From assembly GCA_046598935.1 (NCBI GenBank), contig JBKJHW010000088.1, forward strand, positions 1 through 57,993: a stretch of 57,993 nucleotides of DNA. Direction: 5' to 3'. A model generated the notes under the pieces. It was not told where the DNA came from, made no database searches, and saw only the letters and a list, made by a program, of their open reading frames with translations. How positions within the stretch are numbered: the first letter of the stretch is position 1; the number at the start of each line of letters is the position of its first letter. The DNA is from Vicinamibacterales bacterium. GTDB taxonomy: Bacteria; Acidobacteriota; Vicinamibacteria; Vicinamibacterales; SCN-69-37. The translations under genes were made by a program, and so were the position numbers. Positions 9,086 to 19,138 of this stretch are shown in pieces.

Positions 9086-9889
9086 CTAGAGCTGGAGGTA
9101 CTCCCGGAGCCGTTTGGTCTGCGACCGGCTCACTGGAATTTGCGACCCCTTCTCGTCCTTCATCTTCAGAAGGTAATTCCTGCTGAACCACGGAACGATC
9201 TCCTTAATCTTTGTGATGTTCACCAAGTGCGAACGGTGCACTCGCCAGAATATCCCGGGATCGAGCCGGGCCTGCAATTCATCCAGCGTTCGGTAATTCG
9301 ACGTGCCGGTCGCCGTTGCCGTGACCACCACGACGTTCTCTTCGACGAGAGCAGCATGAATGAGTTCACTGGCCTGGACAAGCACGAACCGCTGGCCCAC
9401 GCGAACCGCCAGCTGGTCGCGGCGGTCCTGGCGCGCCTGCACCGCGGCGACGACCCGCTCGAGGTCGGACGGCGAAAGGGGCAGCTTGGCGGCGTGCTCG
9501 CTGTCCACTCGCCGTCGTACGCGCGCAAGCATCTCGTTCAACCGCGCCGCATCGACCGGCTTCAGCATGTAATCGACGGCGTTCACCGAGAAGGCGTCGA
9601 TCGCGTACTGGTCGAACGCGGTCAGAAAGACAACCTGGGGCCGGAGGTCGGCTTCGACAAGCCGCCGGGCGACCTCAAACCCGTCGAGGCCGGGCATCTG
9701 GACATCGAGCAACAGGAGATCGGGGCTCAACTCGCCGGCGAGCCGCAGCGCCTCGACGCCGTTGGCCGCCTGGCCGACGACTTCCACGCCGCCGATCTGG
9801 CCGAGCAGATAGCAGACTTCGTCGCGGGCCAGTTGTTCGTCGTCGACGACGACAGCGCGGAGCAGTTTCGCCGGGGCGGTGCCTGTCAT
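9086..9889 (-). CDS. LytTR-family response regulator
   Basis: Receiver motifs VVDDE and LDVQMPG; LytTR motif FWRVHRSHLVN…IPVSR. Confidence 0.95.
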   Translation of the reverse strand: MTGTAPAKLLRAVVVDDEQLARDEVCYLLGQIGGVEVVGQAANGVEALRLAGELSPDLLLLDVQMPGLDGFEVARRLVEADLRPQVVFLTAFDQYAIDAFSVNAVDYMLKPVDAARLNEMLARVRRRVDSEHAAKLPLSPSDLERVVAAVQARQDRRDQLAVRVGQRFVLVQASELIHAALVEENVVVVTATATGTSNYRTLDELQARLDPGIFWRVHRSHLVNITKIKEIVPWFSRNYLLKMKDEKGSQIPVSRSQTKRLREYLQL

Positions 9890-11202
9890 CGCGCCCGTTC
9901 CATCATCAGCGTTTCGGGAATCCGGATCCGCGCCACGGTGCCGACGCCGGGAACGTGTTCGAGCTTCATCTGAAACTCAGACCCGTAGATTACCCGCAAC
10001 CGCTCGTTGACGTTGCGCAGGCCAATGCCCCGGCCCGGTGACGTGACGAGCCGGTCGTCGGTGAGCCCCATGCCGTCGTCGATGATCTCGATCGAAAGGT
10101 CGCCGCCGGTGAGGCTGGTGCGAATGGTCACAGTGCCGTGACCGACTTTGCGCGCGAGGCCGTGCTTGATCGAGTTTTCGACAAGCGGCTGGAGGATCAT
10201 GCTCGGCACCATGACGTCGAGGCTGGCCGGATGGATTTGTTTCACCACGTTCAGCGCGGGACCGAATCGGACCTTCTCGATGTCGAGGTATTCGTCGACG
10301 GCTTCGAGTTCCTCGCGGAGCGGCACGAACTGATCCTGGCTTCGCAGCAGACGGCGGAGCAGCCCGCTCAGCTTGACGATCAGCACCCGCGCGGTTTCGG
10401 GGCGCGACCTGATCAGCGAGGAGATCGACGTGAGCGTGTTGAACAAAAAATGCGGGTTGATCTGGTTTGCGAGCGCTTCGACGCGCGCGGCCATCAGCAG
10501 CTTCTCCTGTTCGGCGAGGCGGTGCTCGATGCGCGCGCTGTTCCAGATCTTGATCGGGATCGCCACGCCAAGGACGGCGGCGAGGAGCGTGATCGTCCAC
10601 AGCCACGGGTTCGTCGGGACGACGTGATAGATCGAACGAGGCCAGTAGAAACCGACGAGCTGGCGGATGAGCTCGAGCCCGATCGGCGCGGACACGAGGG
10701 CGATCTGCCAGTCAAGGGAGAGACGGCGGACGAGATTCCAGGTCGACTGGTGGATCTTCGTCACGAAGAACGGCGAGAAGCGCCAGATCTCTTCCTTCGG
10801 GCAGAGTTGGCGCAGACCGCCGCCGGCGAATCCGCAACCGATGGCGAACGGCAGTGCGCCCCACTCTCGAAGGAACAGGGCCGGCGTTCCCGTCATGACG
10901 CCGACGATCGCGCCGGCGTACGGCCCGGCGATCAGGCCGGCGAGAAACGTGCCGGAGAGCGTGAGGTCGGCGGCGCCGAATCCGAGGAGCAGGCGCACGG
11001 TCACCCCGATGGCGAGCGGCACGCCCCAACCGGCTGCGAAGATGAGGCGCTCAGGCCAGTCGCGTTTCTCGGTCAGCAGGATGCTGCGAAACCTGCTGAA
11101 CCGCACGAGCATCGTCGCGAGCGTCGCCATGACCGCCAGCGTGACGATCAGGGTAATGACCAGAACTTGTTCAGTGGGCGGGGGTTGCGCGCTTAGCGGC
11201 AC
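9886..11202 (-). CDS. LytS/YehU-type membrane sensor histidine kinase
   Basis: QINPHFLFNTL, LQPLVENSIKHG and GIGLRNVNERL; multi-TM N-terminus. Confidence 0.94.
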   Translation of the reverse strand: MPLSAQPPPTEQVLVITLIVTLAVMATLATMLVRFSRFRSILLTEKRDWPERLIFAAGWGVPLAIGVTVRLLLGFGAADLTLSGTFLAGLIAGPYAGAIVGVMTGTPALFLREWGALPFAIGCGFAGGGLRQLCPKEEIWRFSPFFVTKIHQSTWNLVRRLSLDWQIALVSAPIGLELIRQLVGFYWPRSIYHVVPTNPWLWTITLLAAVLGVAIPIKIWNSARIEHRLAEQEKLLMAARVEALANQINPHFLFNTLTSISSLIRSRPETARVLIVKLSGLLRRLLRSQDQFVPLREELEAVDEYLDIEKVRFGPALNVVKQIHPASLDVMVPSMILQPLVENSIKHGLARKVGHGTVTIRTSLTGGDLSIEIIDDGMGLTDDRLVTSPGRGIGLRNVNERLRVIYGSEFQMKLEHVPGVGTVARIRIPETLMMERAR

Positions 11203-11225
11203 GGCCTTTTGGTATGATTCTAGCC

Positions 11226-11654
11226 ATGATTCGTCCGTTTCTCGTCGGTTTCGCTACAACCTTGAAGCACATGTTCAAGAAACCGATCACGGTGAACTAT
11301 CCCGACGAAAAAGTGCCTGTGTTTCCCAAGTACCGCGGGAAACAGGTGCTGATGCGCGACGAGAACGATCTTGAAAAATGCGTGGCGTGCGGCCTCTGCT
11401 CGGTCGCCTGCCCGGCCGACGCGATTTATCTCGAGGCGGCCGAGAATAACGGCACCGTGATGGCCGGCCCGCGCTACGCCAGCACCTACCAGATTCACAA
11501 AACGCGCTGCATCTTCTGCGGCTACTGCGAAGAAGCGTGCCCGGTCTCGGCGATTTTCATGGGCAAGGACTACGAGCTGGCTGTCTACAGCAAGGAAGAT
11601 TTCATCTGGGACAAGGCTGACTTGCTCGTTCCGCCGGCGTCTCCAAGCCGCTGA
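11226..11654 (+). CDS. nuoI: NADH-quinone oxidoreductase subunit I (orphan)
   Basis: EKCVACGLCSVACP and RCIFCGYCEEACP (two [4Fe-4S] motifs); TVNYPDEK. Confidence 0.9.
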   Translation: MIRPFLVGFATTLKHMFKKPITVNYPDEKVPVFPKYRGKQVLMRDENDLEKCVACGLCSVACPADAIYLEAAENNGTVMAGPRYASTYQIHKTRCIFCGYCEEACPVSAIFMGKDYELAVYSKEDFIWDKADLLVPPASPSR

Positions 11655-11662
11655 TCAAGCCT

Positions 11663-13546
11663 TTGAAAGCCCCGTTCCTTCAAGAGATTCAAGCCCGCGT
11701 TCTCGTCTGTGACGGGGCGATGGGGACGATGCTCTATGCGAAGGGCATCTTTCTCAATAAGTGTTTCGACGAGCTCAATCTGACGCAGCCGGGCATCGTG
11801 CTCGATGTGCATCAGAGCTACGCGCGCGCCGGGGCGGATGTGCTCGAGACCAACACGTTCGGCGCGAACCGGTTCAAGCTCTCTACCTTCGGCCTGGCTG
11901 ACCATCTGCGCGAGATCAACGTCGAAGGCGCGCGGATCGCGAACCGCGCCGCGCGCACCGGCTGGCCCGGTGCGTCCGGGGGAGACTCCGCCTGGGTGGC
12001 CGGCTCGATCGGTCCGCTCGGCGTTCGCATCGAGCCGTGGGGCAAGACCGGCATCGACGAAGCAGAGGCCGCGTTTCGCGAGCAGGCCGAGGCGCTCATC
12101 GAGGGCGGTGTTGACCTGTTCATGCTCGAGACATTTCGCGACGTCAACGAATTGGCCGCGGCCGTTCGCGCGATTCGCGCCGTGTCCGTGCTGCCGATCG
12201 TGGCGCAGATGACCACCGAGGACGACGGCAATAGCCTGGATGGCACGCCGCCGGAAACGTTTGCGCCGCAGCTCGACGCCGCGGGCGCGGATGTGATCGG
12301 TGTGAATTGCAGCGTGGGGCCCGCCGCGATGCTCGAGACGCTCGAACGGTTGAGCCGCGCAACGACCAAACGACTGTCGGCGCAGCCGAACGCCGGCCGC
12401 CCCCGCGACGTCGACGGCCGCAATCTGTATCTCTGCTCCCCCGAATACATGGCCAGCTACGCCCGGCGGTTCATCGACGCCGGCGCGCACCTGGTCGGGG
12501 GCTGCTGCGGCACCACGCCCGAGCACATCCGCCAGATGAAGCAGGCGGTCCTCGCAGTCGCCAGTAAAAAAACGACATCGGGTGTCGTTTTTCGGAAAAC
12601 GACACCCGATGTCGTTTCTGCGGCGTGGGTAGAAGCTACCCAGGCAGTAACTCCGGTTGCGAAGGCGGAGAAGTCGGCGCTCGCGGAGGCGCTGGATGCA
12701 GGCGTGTTCGTGACGATGGCCGAGGTCGCGCCGTCGCGCGGGCTCGATACCACGGCGGCGCTGGCGATGGCCAAGCGGTACGCCGAGCTTGGGGCGACGG
12801 CGATCAACGTGCCGGACTACCAGCGCAGCGCGGGGCACGTCAGTGCGCTCGCGTTGTCGCAGCTGATCGCCGCCAGCGGCATCGAGGCGCTGTTGCATTA
12901 TTCCTGCCGTGAGCGATCGCTGGTCGCCATGCAATCGGATTTGCTCGGCGCGCACGCGATGGGCCTGCGCAATGTGCTGCTCGTCACCGGCGAGCCGCAA
13001 AGCCAGGGTACATACCCAGACGCCACCGCCATTGACGATGTCGATTCGATCGGGTTGACGAACATGGTCGCGTCGCTCAACCGCGGGCTCGACATCGGCG
13101 GTCAGCCGCTCGGCCGCGCCGCCGGTTTTCACATCGGCGTCGCCGTCAATCCCCACGCGCCGAACCCGGATGCGGAGTGGAAGCGCCTCGACTACAAAGT
13201 TGAGGCCGGCGCGGAGTTCATCCTCACGCCGCCGATTCTTGACACGGCCGCGTTCCTGCGCGTGCTTCCGCGCCTGCGCGCGACGGGGCTGCCGGTCATT
13301 GCCGGGCTCGCCGCGCTCGAAAGCGCGCGCCAGGTGGACTTCATCGCGAGCGAAGTTTCGGATGTCGTGGTTTCGGAAGACGTCGTTCGGCGGATGCGCG
13401 CGGCGCCGGATCCTCCAGCCGAGGGCCTCGCGATCAGCGTCGAGATTTATCGGGCGATCCGCAGCGGCGTCGAGGGCGTGGCCATCCGCGGCCTGCACGG
13501 GACGCCGGCAAGCGTCGAACGCTTTCTCCAAGCGGTGCGCGGATGA
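11663..13546 (+). CDS. Bifunctional homocysteine S-methyltransferase / methylenetetrahydrofolate reductase-like fusion (YitJ-type)
   Basis: DGAMGT, GVNCSVGP and GGCCGTTPEHI, then an MTHFR-like domain (GLRNVLLVTGE, KVEAGAEF). Confidence 0.92.
   Translation: MKAPFLQEIQARVLVCDGAMGTMLYAKGIFLNKCFDELNLTQPGIVLDVHQSYARAGADVLETNTFGANRFKLSTFGLADHLREINVEGARIANRAARTGWPGASGGDSAWVAGSIGPLGVRIEPWGKTGIDEAEAAFREQAEALIEGGVDLFMLETFRDVNELAAAVRAIRAVSVLPIVAQMTTEDDGNSLDGTPPETFAPQLDAAGADVIGVNCSVGPAAMLETLERLSRATTKRLSAQPNAGRPRDVDGRNLYLCSPEYMASYARRFIDAGAHLVGGCCGTTPEHIRQMKQAVLAVASKKTTSGVVFRKTTPDVVSAAWVEATQAVTPVAKAEKSALAEALDAGVFVTMAEVAPSRGLDTTAALAMAKRYAELGATAINVPDYQRSAGHVSALALSQLIAASGIEALLHYSCRERSLVAMQSDLLGAHAMGLRNVLLVTGEPQSQGTYPDATAIDDVDSIGLTNMVASLNRGLDIGGQPLGRAAGFHIGVAVNPHAPNPDAEWKRLDYKVEAGAEFILTPPILDTAAFLRVLPRLRATGLPVIAGLAALESARQVDFIASEVSDVVVSEDVVRRMRAAPDPPAEGLAISVEIYRAIRSGVEGVAIRGLHGTPASVERFLQAVRG
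12570..12617. repeat. Palindromic element (22-bp arms, 4-nt loop) in frame in the HMT-MTHFR linker
   Basis: aaacgacatcgggtgtcgtttt-tcgg-aaaacgacacccgatgtcgttt; translates to KTTSGVVFRKTTPDVV. Confidence 0.9.
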
Positions 13547-14139
13547 CGACGCGCAGGGCCATCGGGGAGCACCTGATGTTCCTCGGGAAGTTCCTGCGCA
13601 ATCCCCGTAACGTCGGCTCGGTGGCGCCGAGCTCGCGCGCGCTCGCGAGAGAAATGGCGCGCGCAGTTCCTGTCGACCCGCGCGCCGTTGTCGTCGAGCT
13701 CGGTCCGGGCACGGGCGCTCTGACACGGCAGGTCGTCGAAGTGCTCGCGCCGGGCGAGCGCTTTCTCGCCATCGATATCGATCCCGGGTTCTGCGCCAGC
13801 TTGCGGGCTCGCTGGCCGCAGGTCGATATCGAATGCGGCTCAGCGGCAGACATGCCGGCGATGCTGACCGCGCGCGAGTGGAGCGGCGTGGATCACGTGC
13901 TGTCCGGCCTGCCGTTCGCCAGCCTGCCGTCGGCGATCTCGCGGTCGATCCTCACCGCCGTCGCCCGCGCGCTGGTGCCCGGCGGCACGTTCACGACATT
14001 TCAATACGTTCACGCGTACCTGACGCCGCCGGCGGCGAAGTTTCGCGCGCAGATGGCGGCGGGTTTCGGGCCGATGGTTTCGCGTCAGCTCGTTGTGAAA
14101 AATATTCCGCCCGCGTACGTCATGACCTGGAAAAAATAG
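13543..14139 (+). CDS. Phospholipid/ornithine-lipid N-methyltransferase family (PmtA/OlsG-like)
   Basis: FLRNPRNVGSVAPSS, VVELGPGTG, SGLPF, FQY and NIPPA motifs. Confidence 0.85.
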   Translation: MTTRRAIGEHLMFLGKFLRNPRNVGSVAPSSRALAREMARAVPVDPRAVVVELGPGTGALTRQVVEVLAPGERFLAIDIDPGFCASLRARWPQVDIECGSAADMPAMLTAREWSGVDHVLSGLPFASLPSAISRSILTAVARALVPGGTFTTFQYVHAYLTPPAAKFRAQMAAGFGPMVSRQLVVKNIPPAYVMTWKK

Positions 14140-15229
14140 TCTCCGCCGCGACCTCCGCCCCGTTGGGCGGAAGCGTGTCCGTTGGCTGAGGCAGCGCAAG
14201 CACGTCGCTCAACGCCAACTGCCAACGCCCGGCAAACAAGTCCGGCTGAGAAATGAAGCGCGACCGGACGTACCGCGGCATCTCGGCGACGAGCACGTCG
14301 TATTCACGGAAATCACCGCGCGACGTGTAGAGGATCGGCGTGGACGCCGTGATGCACTCGCCGAGAATTCCGAAGCCCGGTTTCGTAATCACGGCGTCAG
14401 CCGCGGCGATCAGGTCTTCGTAGCGCGCAACGCTTCGAGCCAGGTCGGTTTCCGACAGCGCATGGACGTAAGGGAGGGATCCGGCCGTCGCGTCCGAAAC
14501 ACTGCGGTCGGTCACGACAAGGTCCCACTGAGCGGCGCAGTCGACGTGTGCGAGGTCCAGCTCGCTCAGCCCGTAGCCGCCAAATGACAGCAGCGCCAGC
14601 TTTCGGTCCTGCGGAAGCCCCAAAATGGCGCGCGTTTCCGCGCGTTCACGCGTTGACCGCCGCGCGATGAGCGGCAGCGGCGTGATGTTGCGCAGCCCGC
14701 TGCCCGCGAACGGCGGCGACAGCGGCAGCTTGAGCGTCGCGGTGACCAGCGACTGCGCGCGGCGAATGGTATCGAGCACTTCAGTCGCGCCGCCAAACGC
14801 GGGCTGAGCCTCGTAGATCCAATCCCACGTGAAGTTGCCGATGAAGATTGACGGGACGCCCAGCCTGGCCGCGACCGCGAGACCGAGCGGGCTGATGTCG
14901 CACACGATCACCGAGGGGGCGTCCGCAGCGAGGCGCGCCGCCTCGGCCGTCACTCGCGCGTCGAACGAGCCGTAGAACTTCCGCGCCCACGCGACCGTCG
15001 CGTCATCGTCCTGCCTGACGCTGTTCGTTTGAACGAGCCCGGTGTCGCAGATGCCCGGCCGGAGCTCGAATGGCACGCGCACTGTCCGCTCGAGCAGCGA
15101 TTGCGAGACGGCCGAGCGGATGATGACGCGAAGGCCGGGGCCGGTGATCCGGCCGAGAGCATTGATCACTTCGACTTGCCGCGAGGCGTGGCCGAACCCG
15201 TGGCCTGAAATGAAAAAAACGACGGTCAT
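14120..15229 (-). CDS. GT-B glycosyltransferase-like protein resembling the L-arabinokinase N-terminal domain
   Basis: FISGHGFGHASR, GNFTWDWIY, SFGGYG, VITKPGFG and RGDFREY motifs. Confidence 0.75.
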   Translation of the reverse strand: MTVVFFISGHGFGHASRQVEVINALGRITGPGLRVIIRSAVSQSLLERTVRVPFELRPGICDTGLVQTNSVRQDDDATVAWARKFYGSFDARVTAEAARLAADAPSVIVCDISPLGLAVAARLGVPSIFIGNFTWDWIYEAQPAFGGATEVLDTIRRAQSLVTATLKLPLSPPFAGSGLRNITPLPLIARRSTRERAETRAILGLPQDRKLALLSFGGYGLSELDLAHVDCAAQWDLVVTDRSVSDATAGSLPYVHALSETDLARSVARYEDLIAAADAVITKPGFGILGECITASTPILYTSRGDFREYDVLVAEMPRYVRSRFISQPDLFAGRWQLALSDVLALPQPTDTLPPNGAEVAAETIFSRS

Positions 15230-17577
15230 GCCGGCGGCAGAGCCACCGCAAGGACGTCTTCGAGCGTGCGAGCCGGCACAAAGCGCATGGCGTTCCGCAC
15301 ATCGTCCGGCAGCTCGCGTAAATCGTCGAGGTTTCGTTCCGGCAGAATGATGGTCTTCACGCCCAGCCGGCTCGCCGCGAGGACCTTCTCACGGATGCCG
15401 CCCACAGGCAGGACCAGGCCTGAGAGCGTGATCTCGCCCGTCATCGCGACGTCAGCGGCCATCGGCTGCTTGCGAAGCGCCGACACGATCGCTGTCGCCA
15501 TCGTCACGCCCGCTGAAGGGCCATCTTTCGGAATCGCGCCGGCCGGCACGTGGACGTGCAGGTCGTGGTCTTTGAGGAATTCGGGATCGAGGCCGAGCGG
15601 CCCGGCTTGCTGCCTCAGGTGACTGAGCGCGGCTCGCGCGGATTCCTGCATCACCGCGCCGAGCTGTCCGGTGAGTGTGAGCTGGCCATTGCCGGCCGGC
15701 ATCAGCGCCGCTTCGATATAGAGCACATCGCCGCCGGCCTCGGTCCAGGCCAGGCCGGTTGCGACACCGGGCCGCGAGACGCGGAATTCGGTGTCCGGTT
15801 TGAAACGGGGCGGCCCGAGAAAGGTGAGCACGTCATCGGCATCGATCGTGACCGACTCCGCCGCTGCGCTGCCTGTCGATTGCGCCGTCGCCAGCGCCGC
15901 TGCGGCCTTGCGTGTCATCGTGGCGATCCGCCGCTCGAGACTGCGCACGCCGGCTTCCCGGGTGTATTCATTGATCACGCGTGCGAGCGCCGCGTCGGCA
16001 ATCCTCACGTAGTCGGGCGCGAGGCCGTGTTCGGAAGCCTGGCGCGGAATCAGGTACTGCCGCGCGATGTGTTGCTTGTCCTGCTCGGTGTAGCCGCTGA
16101 GCTCGATGATCTCCATCCGGTCGAGCAGGGCCGGATGCACGGGGCCCAGCTGATTCGCCGTCGCGATGAACAGCACTTTCGACAGATCGATCGGCAGCTC
16201 CAGATAGTGATCCCGGAACGTGTTGTTCTGCGCCGGGTCGAGCACCTCGAGCAGCGCCGCGGCCGGATCGCCCGAGAACCCGCCCTGTGTCAACTTGTCG
16301 AGCTCGTCGAGCATGAACACCGGGTTGTTCGACCCGGCTTGCTTCAACGCCTGGACGATGCGGCCCGGCAACGCGCCGATGTATGTGCGGCGATGCCCGC
16401 GAATCTCCGCTTCGTCCCGGACACCGCCGAGCGACAGCCGCACGAACTTCCGGTTCATGGCTCGCGCAATCGATTGGCCGAGCGATGTCTTGCCGACGCC
16501 CGGCGGCCCGACGAAACACAGGATCGGGCCCTTCATGTCGCCCTTCAATTTACGAACCGCCAGATGCTCGACGATGCGCTCCTTGATCTTCTCGAGTCCG
16601 TAGTGGTCTTCATCAAGGACCCTGCGCGCTTCCACAGGGTCGAGCCGGTCTTCAGTCGAGATCGACCACGGCAGCTCGAAGACCCAGTCGAGGTACGTGC
16701 GCACCATCTGGTATTCGGGCGACGCGGAGTTCATGCGTTCGAGACGGTCGAGCTCACGCGAAACGGTGTCGTTGATCGCCGGCGGCAGCGCGGCGTTCGT
16801 CAGTTTCTCGCGCAGCTGCTGCATTTCCGTCGAGCCTTCACCCAGCTCTTCCTGGATGGCTTTCATCTGCTGGCGCAACATGTACTGCCGCTGCGCGTCC
16901 GTCATTTCCTGCTGCGCCTGCGACTCGATCTTGCCCTTCAGTTCGAGCACTTCGATTTCGCGCTGGAGCGATTGCGCGATCACCGTCAGTTTCACGGCGA
17001 GCGAGTCTTCTTCGAGGAGCTTCTGCTTGTCTTCGGGGCGCAGATCGAGGAGGTTGCCGAGCACGTACGCGAGCCGCAACGGGTTGTCGATCGTCGCGAC
17101 GAGTTGGCGCACGTCAGGCGACAGCCCGGTCGCGACCGACAGCGCCTTTTCGACGAGTTCCTGCACGTGCCGCACGTGCGCTTCGACTTCGACCGTCTCA
17201 ACTGTCGGTTCGGGCATGTGACGGAGGACTGCTTTCAACATGCCGCCGTCGCGCGTCAGAAATTCCGCCTGCACGCGCGCCACGCCTTCGACGAGCAGGC
17301 GGAGCCCCTGCGCGCCTGTGGACATTTGCCTGACGAGACCGACCGTGCCGATGCGGTGCAGGTCATCCGGCTGCGGATCGTCGGCGTCGTTCTTCTGCAT
17401 CAGGAACAACACCCTGCGATCGCCCGCGAGCGCTTTGTGCACGGCGTCGATGGAAATCTGCCGGCTGACGGTGAGCGGCGCGACGGCGAGCGGCAGGACG
17501 ACGCTGCCGCGCAGCGGAATGACGGGCAGCTCAGCCGGCAACGCCGGGTCGCGCGACGAGGTGTCAGTTGTGCCCAC
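15226..17577 (-). CDS. lon: ATP-dependent protease La
   Basis: GPPGVGKTS, IRGHRRTYIGA and PKDGPSAG motifs; start placed at GTG 17577, 6 nt after TACACT. Confidence 0.97.
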   Translation of the reverse strand: MGTTDTSSRDPALPAELPVIPLRGSVVLPLAVAPLTVSRQISIDAVHKALAGDRRVLFLMQKNDADDPQPDDLHRIGTVGLVRQMSTGAQGLRLLVEGVARVQAEFLTRDGGMLKAVLRHMPEPTVETVEVEAHVRHVQELVEKALSVATGLSPDVRQLVATIDNPLRLAYVLGNLLDLRPEDKQKLLEEDSLAVKLTVIAQSLQREIEVLELKGKIESQAQQEMTDAQRQYMLRQQMKAIQEELGEGSTEMQQLREKLTNAALPPAINDTVSRELDRLERMNSASPEYQMVRTYLDWVFELPWSISTEDRLDPVEARRVLDEDHYGLEKIKERIVEHLAVRKLKGDMKGPILCFVGPPGVGKTSLGQSIARAMNRKFVRLSLGGVRDEAEIRGHRRTYIGALPGRIVQALKQAGSNNPVFMLDELDKLTQGGFSGDPAAALLEVLDPAQNNTFRDHYLELPIDLSKVLFIATANQLGPVHPALLDRMEIIELSGYTEQDKQHIARQYLIPRQASEHGLAPDYVRIADAALARVINEYTREAGVRSLERRIATMTRKAAAALATAQSTGSAAAESVTIDADDVLTFLGPPRFKPDTEFRVSRPGVATGLAWTEAGGDVLYIEAALMPAGNGQLTLTGQLGAVMQESARAALSHLRQQAGPLGLDPEFLKDHDLHVHVPAGAIPKDGPSAGVTMATAIVSALRKQPMAADVAMTGEITLSGLVLPVGGIREKVLAASRLGVKTIILPERNLDDLRELPDDVRNAMRFVPARTLEDVLAVALPPA

Positions 17578-17627
17578 GAAATCAGTGTAATGCACGCGAT
17601 CTGAGGCAACTTGATACGATTGCGCGC

Positions 17628-17900
17628 ATGGCGTTCAACGAGCGCGATTTCTTCACCGAGAAGGCGGAAACGCGGCCGATGTCACTCGCGTGTCCGAAGT
17701 GCGGACATCGCGCGGACTATCCGCTCAAGTGGATTCGCCGCACCAAGAAGGACCGGCTGCCGTCCGGCTCCGACGAGCGCGACCGCGCACTCTACGCCAA
17801 ACTCCAGGACTATCTGATTCGTGCCGACGACTTTGCGACCTGCGCGAAGTGCCGGCGCCGAATCGAGATTCCGACGCACCAGAGCATTTCGTTTCTATGA
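17628..17900 (+). CDS. Small Zn-binding hypothetical protein (CxxC…CxxC)
   Basis: CPKC and CAKC pairs; -10 TACGAT 7 nt upstream; stop overlaps the next ATG. Confidence 0.75.
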   Translation: MAFNERDFFTEKAETRPMSLACPKCGHRADYPLKWIRRTKKDRLPSGSDERDRALYAKLQDYLIRADDFATCAKCRRRIEIPTHQSISFL

Positions 17901-19138
17901 AACAGGACATCGTCATTATCGGCGGCGGCGTGATCGGCGTCGCCTGCGCGCGCGAGCTTGCGCTGCGGGGTGCGTCGGTCACCGTCCTTGAACGCGACCG
18001 CATCGGGCACGGCTGTTCATTCGGTAATGCCGGCTGGTTGACGCCGTCGCAGGCCGTCCCACTCGCCAACCCGGCCATGCTCCTCAAGTCGTTTCGCTGG
18101 ATGCTGGACCCGGAGAGCCCGCTGTACATTCAGCCGCGCCTCGATCCGGCGTTTCTGCGCTGGCTCATTGAGTTCGTCATGAACTCGCGCAGCGCGAAGT
18201 TCGAACGCGGCGCCGCGGCCCTCGTTGAGCTGTGCCGCGTCAGCGTCGATCTCTGGGAAGAAGTGGCCCGGACCTCGACGGAGCCGTTTGGTTTCGAGCG
18301 GCACGGGTTGCTGTCGGTCTACGAAAAGCCGGCGTCTTTCGAGCACGCGCACGCCGGCATCGATCTCGTCTGCAGGAGCGGCGTGCGTGCCGAGCGCTGG
18401 AGCGCTGACGAAGTCCGCGAACGCGAACCGGCGATCGTCGGCAAAACCGTCGGCGGATATTTCTTTCCTGACGACGCGCATTGCGAGCCGTATCCTGCGG
18501 TGCGCGCGCTGGCGACGCAGGCGAAAGCCGCGGGCGCGACATTCCAGGAAGGCGCCGAAGTCTTCGCAATCTCCAACAACGGCAGCGGTCCGCGCGTGTT
18601 GAGCACCACGCACGGCGAAATCACCGCCGACCGGATTGTTGTCGCCACCGGCCCCTGGTCGGAGCAGCTCGGCGCCATGCTCGGCATGCGGCTGCCCGTC
18701 ATCGGCGCGAAGGGCTATTCGGTCGTGTTGCCGAAGGCGCAGCCGCATCCGAAGCGATCGATCTACCTGATCGAACGGAAGGTTGCGGTGAACCCGCACG
18801 CGGACGCGTTGCGCATCGCCGGCACGCTCGAGCTCGTTCGCAATGATTTCTCGATCAACCAGCGCCGTGTCGACGTCATCGTCCGCGGCGCCAAGGCCAT
18901 GCTGAATATCGGCGAAGCGCCTGTCGCGCGCGAAGTGTGGCGCGGCCTGCGCCCCTGCACGCCCGACGGCATGCCGGTCATCGGGCAGGCCCGAGGCCGT
19001 GGAGACATCTGGCTGGCGACCGGGCACCAAATGGCCGGGCTTAAAACCGCAACGGGCACGGGCTTACTGCTCGCGCAGTTGATGACCAAGGAAAAGCCGC
19101 GCTTCGACCCGGCGCCATTCCGCGCCGATCGTTATTAG
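17897..19138 (+). CDS. dadA: D-amino acid dehydrogenase / DAO-family FAD oxidoreductase
   Basis: IIGGGVIG, CSFGNAG, WRGLRPCTPDG and ATGH motifs. Confidence 0.85.
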   Translation: MKQDIVIIGGGVIGVACARELALRGASVTVLERDRIGHGCSFGNAGWLTPSQAVPLANPAMLLKSFRWMLDPESPLYIQPRLDPAFLRWLIEFVMNSRSAKFERGAAALVELCRVSVDLWEEVARTSTEPFGFERHGLLSVYEKPASFEHAHAGIDLVCRSGVRAERWSADEVREREPAIVGKTVGGYFFPDDAHCEPYPAVRALATQAKAAGATFQEGAEVFAISNNGSGPRVLSTTHGEITADRIVVATGPWSEQLGAMLGMRLPVIGAKGYSVVLPKAQPHPKRSIYLIERKVAVNPHADALRIAGTLELVRNDFSINQRRVDVIVRGAKAMLNIGEAPVAREVWRGLRPCTPDGMPVIGQARGRGDIWLATGHQMAGLKTATGTGLLLAQLMTKEKPRFDPAPFRADRY

